39,195 nt of DNA from a virus (lineage: Duplodnaviria; Caudoviricetes), in IMG/VR virus record IMGVR_UViG_3300032257_000048, positions 1 to 39,195 of that record; one strand, 5' to 3'. The translations under genes were made by a program, and so were the position numbers. The notes beneath the pieces are model-generated. The model saw nothing but the letters and a program-made list of their open reading frames with translations. It was not told the DNA's origin and made no database searches. Positions 17,989-27,154 of the stretch are shown piece by piece (the stretch's first letter is position 1; each line of letters begins with the position of its first letter).

Positions 17989-19667
17989 CCCAGTTAAGGG
18001 ACGTAGTTATACAATCACCTGGAATACTTGGGCTTAATACTCAAGGTAAAGATGATGTAATGGATCAGAAGTTTTGTACAGTTGCTGATAACTGCATCAT
18101 TGATAGGAATGGGTTACTGGCTGCTCGTAAAGGCGCTAAGGTACTTAACGGTACAGCTGCTACAGGGACACCTACATTCGATACTATTCACTCATATGTA
18201 CAGGACGATGGTACAGAAATAATAGTATCTAGTGGAGGTTCAAAGGTATGGTCAGGAAGTACTACTTTAACTGATATAACTGGCTCAATGACTGTTACAG
18301 CTGATCATTGGCAGTTCCAGAACATACAAGGTAATTGTGCAGGCGCTCAGTCAGCTCATGAACCTATTTGGTGGGATGGTTCAGGTAACATAGAGACTTT
18401 GAATGGTCAAAACTCTGACTGGGCAGCAAGTACAGCTTATTCTCTCGGTGATATAGTTATCCCTACTACAGAGAACGGGCACTACTACGAATGTACAACA
18501 GCAGGTACGTCAAACGGAACAGAACCTGTGACATGGGATACAACCCCTGGAGGAACAACAAGTGATAACACGGTTACATGGACTACTCGTGAAATACCGA
18601 AGTCTAATACAGCCCTTGCAGCCTTTGGACGCTTATGGCTTAGTGATGCTAGTACTGGCACAATCTTTTATTCAGATCTTCTCATACCTAGTGCTTTCAG
18701 TGGAGGTAGTTCTGGCAGTATTAATCTCAACACTGTTTGGCCTACAAGTAATGATACTATAGTTGCACTTCATGTACATAACAACAACTTAGTTATATTC
18801 TGTGAAAGATCAATAGTTATTTATGCTAATGCAGATGATATAGACAATATTACATTAGTTGAATCAATAACAGTCAACGGATGTATAGCAAGAGATTCAG
18901 TTCAAACTATTGGCAATGACGTGTTTTATCTTGCTAACGATGGTATCAGATCTTTATCTAGGACTGTATTACAAGATAATATGCCTTTAGGGGAAGTTAG
19001 TACTAATATTAGAGATGATATTATTAGCTCAATCAATGTAGAGACTCTAGCTGATGTACGGTCAACGTACTCACAAAAAAAGGGGTTTTATTGTATAAAT
19101 TTCCCTGCTTCAGAGAAGACATTTATTTGTGATATAAGAGTACAAGGGACTCCAAGATGGACTGTATGGACATGGAGTTTACCAAAAGGACTTGAAGTAG
19201 GTAAAGATGACACATTGTACTTCGGGCTAAGTAGTGGGTATCTTAGTACCTATTCTGGGTATCTTGATGCTGATGTTAGTACAGGAGATACTACTGAGAC
19301 TTATATTCTTACATATAGATCAGGCTGGTTAGACTTTGGATTAAGTTCTATTAAAGCTATCTGGAAGAAAGCTATCTGGTACATAAGCTCTGAGTTTGAT
19401 CTAACTACTACAACTACCTGGGGTTTTGATTTTGCAGCTAAAGAGTACACAGAATCTAAATCTGTAACTGGTGTACCTCCTGCTCAATACGGAGTAGCGA
19501 CTTATGACAATGACACTTATGGTTCAAGTTTCGATAAAGATACTATACAGATGAACTTAAGAGGAACTGGTTCAGTTATAAGAGTAGGTACTCAATTAGC
19601 TGTAAATAATGGTAACTTTGCTTTCAATAAAATTAATTTATTCTTTAAGACAGGAAGAGTACGATGA
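17985..19667 (+). CDS. tail tubular protein B / nozzle with inserted carbohydrate-binding-like module (start revised to 17985)
   Basis: GLNT..., GRLW, GCIARDSVQ..G.DVFYL..DGIRSL beta-propeller motifs. Confidence 0.85.
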   Translation: MTQLRDVVIQSPGILGLNTQGKDDVMDQKFCTVADNCIIDRNGLLAARKGAKVLNGTAATGTPTFDTIHSYVQDDGTEIIVSSGGSKVWSGSTTLTDITGSMTVTADHWQFQNIQGNCAGAQSAHEPIWWDGSGNIETLNGQNSDWAASTAYSLGDIVIPTTENGHYYECTTAGTSNGTEPVTWDTTPGGTTSDNTVTWTTREIPKSNTALAAFGRLWLSDASTGTIFYSDLLIPSAFSGGSSGSINLNTVWPTSNDTIVALHVHNNNLVIFCERSIVIYANADDIDNITLVESITVNGCIARDSVQTIGNDVFYLANDGIRSLSRTVLQDNMPLGEVSTNIRDDIISSINVETLADVRSTYSQKKGFYCINFPASEKTFICDIRVQGTPRWTVWTWSLPKGLEVGKDDTLYFGLSSGYLSTYSGYLDADVSTGDTTETYILTYRSGWLDFGLSSIKAIWKKAIWYISSEFDLTTTTTWGFDFAAKEYTESKSVTGVPPAQYGVATYDNDTYGSSFDKDTIQMNLRGTGSVIRVGTQLAVNNGNFAFNKINLFFKTGRVR

Positions 19668-20248
19668 CCGATTACTCAAGAGCTTACAACGGAGCTGCTA
19701 AAGATGCAGCTAATAGTACGATACTAGGTGCTGATTTTGATGCAGAGTTTGACTCTATAGCAACGGCTAGTACTACTAAAGCTAATAAAGCAGTGCCTGC
19801 TTCAGCTAATAATATAGCATCTTTATCTGCAACAGGTGATTTACAAGACGGACAGACTCATATAATTGACCTTGTACACCCTATAGGTTCAGTATATGTA
19901 AGTACAGTTTCAACTAATCCGAATACATTATTTGGTACAGGTACTTGGGTTGCTACAGGAGTAGGTAGGGTACTAGTAGGTGTAGGTACTTCAGATGAAG
20001 CTTATGCACTTGATGACACAGGTGGCGCAAGTACAGAAACAGCTCACTTACATGCAGATGGTACATTATCAACTGCTGCACATTCATCAGGATTTAACAC
20101 ACTAAAAGGAGATGGCGTATCAGGTACTCTTATATCTGCAAATACACATACCCATGATGTAACAGGCTCAACAGCTAATAACTCTCCAAGTACAGGTGAT
20201 AATATGCCTCCGTACTTAACAGTACATATGTGGGAAAGAACTGCTTAA
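19664..20248 (+). CDS. short tail fibre (adaptor + collar/gp10-C-like domain with HxH motifs)
   Basis: N-terminal GADFDAEFDSIATA; HPIGSVY...NP..LFG.GTW...GRVLVG; NMPPYLTVHMWERTA. Confidence 0.75.
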   Translation: MTDYSRAYNGAAKDAANSTILGADFDAEFDSIATASTTKANKAVPASANNIASLSATGDLQDGQTHIIDLVHPIGSVYVSTVSTNPNTLFGTGTWVATGVGRVLVGVGTSDEAYALDDTGGASTETAHLHADGTLSTAAHSSGFNTLKGDGVSGTLISANTHTHDVTGSTANNSPSTGDNMPPYLTVHMWERTA

Positions 20249-20565
20249 TGCCTGACTCTTTATTCAATGTACCTATAAAAGAAGATATTAATAAACTAAG
20301 TGTAGGTAAGTTACGCAAAGGGTTTTTAGCAGATATATCAGGTACTGTAGGGAATAAAACAGCCTCAATAAGTGCAGATGTAGGAGTTAATGCTAATCTT
20401 TACTCTTTGTTTAACAGAGATCCAGATCTAAGCTTACTACTTAACCACGATGTAAGAGCAAGACTTAACTTAGATTTTGGGGATGCTTTAAAGATAATGA
20501 TACAGCATAACCTTAATAAAAGAACTACTGAGTTAAGTCTGTCAGGTAGATTCGATGGTTTTTGA
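20248..20565 (+). CDS. hypothetical protein (start revised to 20248)
   Basis: TAATG coupling. Confidence 0.6.
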   Translation: MPDSLFNVPIKEDINKLSVGKLRKGFLADISGTVGNKTASISADVGVNANLYSLFNRDPDLSLLLNHDVRARLNLDFGDALKIMIQHNLNKRTTELSLSGRFDGF

Positions 20566-20809
20566 GTGCAATGGTTGTGGTGCTTGTTGTAAGTTACTTG
20601 TTACAGAGTTTGCACCAGAGATGGACAGAGGTGATGGTATTTGTATTAACCTCAAAGATAACAAATGCAGTATCTATGAAAATAGACCAGATAAATGTAG
20701 ACACGGGTATTCATACAGAGAATCAGATATGTCTAGAGAAGAATACGATAAATTAAGTACAGAGATTTGTGTACAATTGGAGGCAATAGCCAGTGTTAAG
20801 TTTCAATAA
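20555..20809 (+). CDS. YkgJ-family (CxxCxxCC) cysteine-cluster protein
   Basis: FECNGCGACC...C..L....CSIYENRP..CR. Confidence 0.85.
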   Translation: MVFECNGCGACCKLLVTEFAPEMDRGDGICINLKDNKCSIYENRPDKCRHGYSYRESDMSREEYDKLSTEICVQLEAIASVKFQ

Positions 20810-21725
20810 AATCCTTAAAAAGTTCTGGAACGACTTTGTAGCTCCGAAAGTACTTAGTATAGATCCTATCCTTGGTGGTGCATTAATAATGGGAGCAGGA
20901 GGTCTTGGGGCCGCTGCTATCAATGCAGATGCTGCTTCTGATGCAGCTGCTAGTTCAGGGTTTCAACCCATAGGTGTTAGTTCAGGTACTGGTACTGTAG
21001 GGTTTCAAGAAGTTGGTTTCAGAGATGCTGCTTTAGCCCCTTTCCGAACAATGCTAGACCAAGGTCAAATAACTCAAGATCAATTCAATACATTTGCAGC
21101 TGGTGTAGGTCAGGACGGGTTCTCTGCGCAACTATCTCCTGAGTTACAAACCCAAAGAGATCAGTTGCTAGGTATAGGTCAAGCTGGGCTTGATCAGTTC
21201 CAGACATTTGATCCTAACCAGGCTGCTAGTCTCTTTACAAATGAACTAGATGCTATTGCTGCACCTCAAGAGGCTAGGCAAAGAACAAGCCTAGAGAACA
21301 GGTTATTCAAACAAGGACTAACTCAGAGTACTTCAGGTGCTGATAGATTTGAAGCTCTTAACTCAGCTCAAGGGTTTGCTCAGAATCAAAGAAACCTTCA
21401 AGGGTTACAATTCGGTCAACAACAACAAGAACGACTGTTCCAGAATGCTTTAGGTGGAATACAAGGCGCTACTGCACTTGATAACTTAGCTGCTCAACAG
21501 GTCAATCAAGCTATTGCTGCTTCAGGTGGTGTAACTACAGCTAACACTAATGCAGCTCAGTTCGGGTTCCAAGCAGGGCAGAACAATGCTGATGCTCTAG
21601 CAGGGTTCTTCGGAGGAGTAGGTCAAGGGTTCACTAACATGGCTTTCCAACAACCTACAGTTACAACTGACTACAATGCTAGTTTCCCTAATCTCAATAC
21701 TTCAGTCTTCGGCCCAGTACAATAG
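20793..21725 (+). CDS. internal virion/DNA ejection protein 1
   Basis: GGAGG RBS with GTG start; Gly/Ala/Gln-rich; hydrophobic GGALIMGAGG segment. Confidence 0.75.
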   Translation: MLSFNKILKKFWNDFVAPKVLSIDPILGGALIMGAGGLGAAAINADAASDAAASSGFQPIGVSSGTGTVGFQEVGFRDAALAPFRTMLDQGQITQDQFNTFAAGVGQDGFSAQLSPELQTQRDQLLGIGQAGLDQFQTFDPNQAASLFTNELDAIAAPQEARQRTSLENRLFKQGLTQSTSGADRFEALNSAQGFAQNQRNLQGLQFGQQQQERLFQNALGGIQGATALDNLAAQQVNQAIAASGGVTTANTNAAQFGFQAGQNNADALAGFFGGVGQGFTNMAFQQPTVTTDYNASFPNLNTSVFGPVQ

Positions 21726-21733
21726 GAAATAAC

Positions 21734-22750
21734 ATGGCAAGTTTATTCAATATGCCTACACCAGAGGCAGTAAGAGCACAAGCTAGACAATCTGTATTCA
21801 AACAACCTATAGCTCCCAGAGGGAGAGGTTTCGTACAGGTTGCTCAACAAGCTGGTGGGTTGTTCGGTGAAGCTTTAGGTCGATCTCAGGGAGGATTAGC
21901 TCCTGGTGAAGCTGAAGCTATGAAGTTCCAACAAGCTCAACAAGAGATTACAAAGCAATCAGAAGGTCTTAAGTTATCAGATCCTAATGATTATATTAAA
22001 ATGACTGGTATTGCTGCTGAAGTATTCAATTCAGTAGGTTTATCTGAGCAAGCTAATCAGGCAGCTTTAAAGGGGCTAGAGGTCAGAAGACAGTTCTCTG
22101 GAGACACAAGAGATGCTGTAGAACGTGATACATTAAACCAGAGAAAACTAGAGCAAAACTTTAAAGAAAGGCAAGCTAAAATCAAATCTGAAGAACTGTC
22201 ACCTACTGTACAGAAAATACTAGACAAAGCTCAAACAGAGGCTATATCCGCTGGACAGAATGCTTCTAGTTTCGATGTACTTGCAAGTGATGTTGAGAAA
22301 TCAGACTTTGAAGGTGGTATAGTTGCCTCTGTTAAAGAGACTATGAAGAACTTGACAGGTCAACAAGATGCTGTATCAGATCTTAGATTGAAGTATAACG
22401 CTGTACGTGCATCTCAAGCTGTTACTAACTTACCTCCTGGCCCAGCTTCAGATAAAGATATAGCATTAGCTCTATCCGGTTTCCCTAAAGATAATGCCCC
22501 TGCTACTCAACTAGCTAGATTCTTACGTGGTACAGCTAAACTTCAACGTATAAATGAAGCTTTCTTGACATTTAAGTCAGATAAAATTTCTAAGAAGAAA
22601 GGAACTAGAGCTTTACTGCAAGATTGGAAAAAGAAATCATTCTCTGATACTCTTGGTAGAGAAGTACAAACATCTGAGATATATATCACAGCTGCTAATA
22701 GAGGTCTTTCTATACAAGAAGTTAAAGATAAACTAGGTATAAAACAATGA
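21734..22750 (+). CDS. internal virion/DNA ejection protein 2
   Basis: helical Ala/Gln-rich; PGPASDKDI motif; synteny. Confidence 0.7.
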   Translation: MASLFNMPTPEAVRAQARQSVFKQPIAPRGRGFVQVAQQAGGLFGEALGRSQGGLAPGEAEAMKFQQAQQEITKQSEGLKLSDPNDYIKMTGIAAEVFNSVGLSEQANQAALKGLEVRRQFSGDTRDAVERDTLNQRKLEQNFKERQAKIKSEELSPTVQKILDKAQTEAISAGQNASSFDVLASDVEKSDFEGGIVASVKETMKNLTGQQDAVSDLRLKYNAVRASQAVTNLPPGPASDKDIALALSGFPKDNAPATQLARFLRGTAKLQRINEAFLTFKSDKISKKKGTRALLQDWKKKSFSDTLGREVQTSEIYITAANRGLSIQEVKDKLGIKQ

Positions 22751-24381
22751 GTGATCTATTTGATGAACTGAAACCAAGTACAGGTAGTACTAAAGTGGGT
22801 TCTGATCTATTGGATGAATTAGACCCTCAACAAGTTACACCTCCTCCTGAGATTGTTCAACCTACCTTACCAGTACAAGAAGATACTCTTGCTAATAGAT
22901 CATCTGCAAGAAGGCAGGAAGCAGTAGGTAAAGTACAACAAGATATATCTGATTTCGCTAAATCCCCTTCAAAAGAAGCTGCTTTTGGTCTGATTGGTGA
23001 TATAGCAGGGCAATCGGCATGGGCCGGTATTGATGTACTAGGGGATACACTCTTTACTGGTTTGAAAACTGTAGCAGAGACTGCCCCTGATAAAATGCAA
23101 GATGCTGTTAAGGCCGGTTTCCACTCATTGACAAATGCAGTACCTTCAGAAGTCAAATTATCCATAAGTTCAGGCACTAAAGACCTTATAGATATTTATG
23201 GAGATCTTGAAGAGAAGTACCCAGAAGAAATGAGACAAGTAGAGAATATTGCTGGGATACTTATGGTAGCAATGCCTGGGCCTAAGGCCAACCCTGCTGC
23301 TAAACCTTTTACGCCTATTGGAAAAGCAGGAGCTAAGTTAACACGCTCTGCTAAGGTACAAGCTGCTAAGTCTAAAAGGGAACTAGTGGAGACTCTTATT
23401 GAGGAGATCCCTACTGATGAGTTCAGTAGAAAAATGAAAATAAGGAGATCAAGAGAGACTACCCTTCTTAGAGGAAGAGACATAAAAGCAAGCCCACTAG
23501 AGACTATGGTAGCTAAAGATGTATCAAGAGTCCCTGGGCTAAACCCTAAGAGAAGTTTTTTATATAACAGTAACAGAGTAGTTGATGAAAGTAGAAAAGT
23601 AGCTGAAGATGTAGCTACTAAATTAGCTAACCTCCCAGAACCTAATGATTCTTTATTGAAAAATGCAATCAATAAAGTAGACTTAGGCGTGAATAAACTA
23701 TTAAAAGAAGAAACATTTCTAGCGGAAAGTAAGACAGCTGTCCAGAACATGGTAACTAAAGCTAAAAGTCTAATATCTAGTACAGATAACTCTGCTAGTG
23801 GTGTATGGGAAGCAAGGAAAGCATTTGATCAATGGGTAATCAAACAGAAAGGGAAATACCCTGACCCCAACAAAGCAGGGGCTTTTGAGCAAGTTAATGA
23901 AGTTGTAAGAAACTCATTGAATGGGGTTGTTCACACGGAAGCTAAAAAACATGGGGTTAATTCTCAAAGAGCAATGGAAAAGTTATTTCATTTAAACTTA
24001 GCCGAAACAGCCCTAGTACCTAAAGTGGAGAAAGAGGGGGTTAACGCTTTTTATAGGCAGATGACTAAACTTAAAGACGTGGTAGGTGTAAGAAATGAGT
24101 CTCTTGGTTTAATAGCAACAGCAATGGGTACTACATTCTTAGCCGCATCACAAACAGCTGCGGCGCCTGTTGCGGCTACTATCGCGGCAGGTTCGAGTTT
24201 AAGACTGATGTACAAAGCTGCTAAAACACCCCAATTTAAAAGGTCTGTTGGGTTGTTATTAAAAGCTACTGACGATGGTTTAAAAGTTGCTACTGACCCT
24301 ATTATGATTCAACAACTACGTGCAGATAGAGCTTTACTAATTGAATTGTCAGAACACTTAGATAAACAAGAGGAAGAGTAA
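22747..24381 (+). CDS. internal virion/DNA ejection protein 3
   Basis: 544 aa helical; DLFDEL/DLLDEL N-terminal repeat; synteny. Confidence 0.65.
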   Translation: MSDLFDELKPSTGSTKVGSDLLDELDPQQVTPPPEIVQPTLPVQEDTLANRSSARRQEAVGKVQQDISDFAKSPSKEAAFGLIGDIAGQSAWAGIDVLGDTLFTGLKTVAETAPDKMQDAVKAGFHSLTNAVPSEVKLSISSGTKDLIDIYGDLEEKYPEEMRQVENIAGILMVAMPGPKANPAAKPFTPIGKAGAKLTRSAKVQAAKSKRELVETLIEEIPTDEFSRKMKIRRSRETTLLRGRDIKASPLETMVAKDVSRVPGLNPKRSFLYNSNRVVDESRKVAEDVATKLANLPEPNDSLLKNAINKVDLGVNKLLKEETFLAESKTAVQNMVTKAKSLISSTDNSASGVWEARKAFDQWVIKQKGKYPDPNKAGAFEQVNEVVRNSLNGVVHTEAKKHGVNSQRAMEKLFHLNLAETALVPKVEKEGVNAFYRQMTKLKDVVGVRNESLGLIATAMGTTFLAASQTAAAPVAATIAAGSSLRLMYKAAKTPQFKRSVGLLLKATDDGLKVATDPIMIQQLRADRALLIELSEHLDKQEEE

Positions 24382-24617
24382 TGCAAATAGATAGTGATAC
24401 GCTGCATTACTTATGGAGCTTACTTGCTGTCCCTGCTGTATGGCTATTTAAAGTTATATGGCAACAACAGAAGTCTTTGCAGCAACTCAGAGAAGAGATA
24501 GCTAGGGATTACTACACTAAAACTGAAGTAGATCATGAAATTAATGACAACAAGGATGACTTGAAGTACATCAGAGGGAAGCTAGATAAAGTAGTTGATA
24601 GAATGCTTGATAAGTAA
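24381..24617 (+). CDS. single-TM coiled-coil protein, holin/antiholin-like
   Basis: N-terminal TM followed by coiled coil; start of lysis region. Confidence 0.55.
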   Translation: MQIDSDTLHYLWSLLAVPAVWLFKVIWQQQKSLQQLREEIARDYYTKTEVDHEINDNKDDLKYIRGKLDKVVDRMLDK

Positions 24618-24636
24618 GTATACAATAGGGGTTATA

Positions 24637-24963
24637 ATGAAGTTACCAGAGAAAGTTAAAGTAGGATGTTACGATGTACGGATAGTACCTATGCATGGAA
24701 TGGAAGGCTTTGCTCATGGTTGCCTAGGGCACTTCAGTTCAGCTGAGATGGTAATAAGGATAAGTATTGATCTCCCTGAAATACAAGTTATAAACACTCT
24801 TCTTCATGAGGTTCTCCATTCTTGTTATTATGTAGCGGGGCTTGAAGACACTGATGAGGAAGAGAGAATAATAACTTGCTTAGCTAACCAGTATCTACAA
24901 GTAATAATAGATAACCCTGCCTATAATAAGGCTATAAACAGTTGCTCAAAGAAGGAGAAGTAA
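24637..24963 (+). CDS. HExxH metallopeptidase-like protein (start revised to 24637)
   Basis: NTLLHEVLH...EE motif. Confidence 0.7.
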   Translation: MKLPEKVKVGCYDVRIVPMHGMEGFAHGCLGHFSSAEMVIRISIDLPEIQVINTLLHEVLHSCYYVAGLEDTDEEERIITCLANQYLQVIIDNPAYNKAINSCSKKEK

Positions 24964-25429
24964 ACCCGTACTTCTTTTCAGCAAAGGATCTGACAATAGT
25001 GGCTGCTAATTTACAAGAATACTGCCCTAAGAATACTTGCTTATTATCTATTGTTATGTAAGATCTCCACTTACTATCCCTTGCTGCATAAGATACGCCT
25101 CTTTGTTTACTAGTAGAGTTACATTGAAGTTTAGTATTCATCATATTTTGTTTCTGTGTAACATCTCTTAGGTTACAGATACGGTTATCATTAGGTATCC
25201 CATTGATATGATCAATGTTATTTTTAGGGAAGTTACCATAAGTATATAGCCATACTAACCTATGTACTAAATACTTTTCACCATCGATGCTTGTTTCTAT
25301 GTAACCAAGTGCCGTTTTACTGCCTAGAGCGTCTCCACGTTTAGCCCTAGCCTTATCTACTTTCCATGTAAATATGCCTGTAGATTTGTTATAAGTTACA
25401 AGTTCTTTTAATCGCAGTTGAGTAATCAT
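24932..25429 (-). CDS. HNH homing endonuclease with AP2-like C-terminal domain
   Basis: HRLVWLY..G, IDHING...DNRICNLR, GVSY, VFLGQY. Confidence 0.92.
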   Translation of the reverse strand: MITQLRLKELVTYNKSTGIFTWKVDKARAKRGDALGSKTALGYIETSIDGEKYLVHRLVWLYTYGNFPKNNIDHINGIPNDNRICNLRDVTQKQNMMNTKLQCNSTSKQRGVSYAARDSKWRSYITIDNKQVFLGQYSCKLAATIVRSFAEKKYGFTSPSLSNCL

Positions 25430-25448
25430 TACAGCTCCTGTTTTAGTT

Positions 25449-25477
25449 ATTATATATGAGGTTTAGATGAAAGTCAA
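25449..25477 (-). promoter_or_regulatory. sigma70-type promoter of the antisense HNH gene
   Basis: TTGACT-17nt-TATAAT, then CAGGAG RBS. Confidence 0.75.
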
Positions 25478-25766
25478 GGACAGTACAGTTAATATATGGG
25501 GTCTCCAGGTAGAGATGCAGCCTGTATTAAAAGCTGCTGATATTATATGGAAACAGCACAACAAAGAGTTAGTAATAACTTCAGCTAGAGATGGAATGCA
25601 CTCCGCTGGTTCATTGCATTACTACGGGTATGCTGTAGATCTTCGTATATGGGGTCTTGAAGATAAGATACAAAGTATAGCTACTCGACTAAGAGAGATA
25701 CTAGGTATTAACTATGATGTGATTGTACATACAACTCACCTTCATGTGGAGTATGATCCAAAATGA
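25467..25766 (+). CDS. endolysin, peptidase M15-like
   Basis: VITS..D..H...SLHY.G.AVD and HLHVE zinc-peptidase motifs. Confidence 0.85.
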   Translation: MKVKDSTVNIWGLQVEMQPVLKAADIIWKQHNKELVITSARDGMHSAGSLHYYGYAVDLRIWGLEDKIQSIATRLREILGINYDVIVHTTHLHVEYDPK

Positions 25767-26098
25767 GTATACTAATTGCTACACTAGCACTATGGGTATC
25801 GTTTATAGTACTAATGAAGATTGTTGATGATACAAAAAGAGAAGACCTTAACTGGTTTCAAAAGATAGCAGTTATCTTGTTCGTAGTGTTCGATGTTGTG
25901 TATAACTACACTTATGGAGCTATCTTGTTCTGGGAGTTTGCTGATAATGATCACAAAACACTAACTTCTCGATTGAAACATATCCTGTTATCAGGGTTTT
26001 ATGATGAAGATGAGTGGAGATTCAAGTTAGCTCTCTTTATGTGTAAGTACATGATCTCTCCTTGGGATCCAGGTCATTGTGGAATGGGGTTCAAATGA
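25763..26098 (+). CDS. lysis-region membrane protein
   Basis: two TM segments; TLTSRL and DPGHC motifs. Confidence 0.65.
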   Translation: MSILIATLALWVSFIVLMKIVDDTKREDLNWFQKIAVILFVVFDVVYNYTYGAILFWEFADNDHKTLTSRLKHILLSGFYDEDEWRFKLALFMCKYMISPWDPGHCGMGFK

Positions 26099-26319
26099 AG
26101 ATTAAAGACACAAGAGGGCGAGAGTCCATAACACTGACATTTTGTACACTAGCTACAGTTATACTGTTAGGTAAGTTCTTACTTGCTGGGTTAACTACAT
26201 ACTTAGGTGTAGTACCTGATATGAGTGCTGGTGAATTTGGACTAGCTTTTGCTGCTGTACTGGCACCTTGGCTGCACAGAGAATGGGTAGAGAAGAATGT
26301 TAAGTCTGATCAAGAGTAA
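26095..26319 (+). CDS. putative holin (start revised to 26095)
   Basis: two TM segments, charged C-terminus; between endolysin and spanins. Confidence 0.6.
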   Translation: MKIKDTRGRESITLTFCTLATVILLGKFLLAGLTTYLGVVPDMSAGEFGLAFAAVLAPWLHREWVEKNVKSDQE

Positions 26320-26536
26320 ATTAGCTAGCTTCGGATTAGCTGTAACAGGTATACTTGCAATAGCTGTAACCTTCCTGTATGCTTTACTACAGAAAGAGAA
26401 GAAAGAGCGAGTACAGGAGAAGGTAAGAAGAGTTAAAGTAGCTCAGAAAGCTTCTACAAAGACTACAGAAGCAATGGTTAAAGGAGTACAAGATGAGAAT
26501 AAGCCTATTACTAGGAATGGTCGTATTATTAAGTAG
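26297..26536 (+). CDS. i-spanin (Rz-like)
   Basis: N-terminal TM then basic coiled coil; overlaps lipoprotein gene. Confidence 0.72.
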   Translation: MLSLIKSKLASFGLAVTGILAIAVTFLYALLQKEKKERVQEKVRRVKVAQKASTKTTEAMVKGVQDENKPITRNGRIIK

Positions 26537-26726
26537 TTGCGCTACAGTGGAGTACGTACCTGTAAAGTTGACTGCTCCCCCCGCCTTGAACAACTTGACG
26601 GAGGAGGAGCTAGATCAACGGCTTGGGGAATGTGTGTCAGATTATACGTATAAAGATATAATCATAACATACAGGCGAGTAAAAACATTACAAGGCATAA
26701 TACAATCCACAAGAACAGAAGACTAG
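26493..26726 (+). CDS. o-spanin (Rz1-like lipoprotein)
   Basis: signal peptide with lipobox LSSC; Pro-rich linker. Confidence 0.78.
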   Translation: MRISLLLGMVVLLSSCATVEYVPVKLTAPPALNNLTEEELDQRLGECVSDYTYKDIIITYRRVKTLQGIIQSTRTED

Positions 26727-26733
26727 GGTTCAT
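26662..26733 (-). CDS. candidate 23-aa hydrophobic peptide antisense to o-spanin 3' end
   Basis: TAGGAG-10nt-ATG; MNPSLLFLWIVLCLVMFLLACML*. Confidence 0.4.
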   Translation of the reverse strand: MNPSLLFLWIVLCLVMFLLACML

Positions 26734-26750
26734 TATAGTTAGTCTCCTAA

Positions 26751-26840
26751 GGGTGTAAACGGGTAGCTATATTACTATTCTTGAGCACCTATGCACGAGT
26801 GGTAGTACCCCTGAAGGTCTGTGTAGCCCGTTGGAGCACT
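26751..26840. other. structured non-coding element at the convergence of the two arms
   Basis: AACGG/CCGTT and GCTATA/TGTAGC enclose a TACTA...TAGTA hairpin. Confidence 0.55.
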
Positions 26841-26866
26841 GATAATCTCAGCTCTAATAACAGTAC

Positions 26867-27145
26867 TTACTTTCCCACTCGGACTTCCTTTTTACCCTTC
26901 ACCAGTTTAGCTGGTTCCTCGTGAGCATGTTCAAACTTAACTGACAGTAGTTCCATCAAGGCATCTACTTTATCTTCTAATTCACGAATCTCCCCCCTGT
27001 AGTTATCATACCTAATCTCTTTGTATTTATCGAAACTAGTACCTTGTAATCTATTAATTAGTAAGTGGAACTTATATGACCAAGAATCCTCAGTGTCAAG
27101 TATTCCTAGATATTTAAGGTGATCTCTTAATTCTTTATCTTTCAT
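26867..27145 (-). CDS. hypothetical protein
   Basis: AGGAG RBS. Confidence 0.7.
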   Translation of the reverse strand: MKDKELRDHLKYLGILDTEDSWSYKFHLLINRLQGTSFDKYKEIRYDNYRGEIRELEDKVDALMELLSVKFEHAHEEPAKLVKGKKEVRVGK

Positions 27146-27154
27146 TATTATCTC

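Noticed and set aside
8427-23750. Long opposite-strand ORFs in the track (e.g. 8427-8804, 11652-11987, 22857-23177, 23196-23750)
   Set aside because: Shadows of well-supported + strand genes with no RBS or motifs
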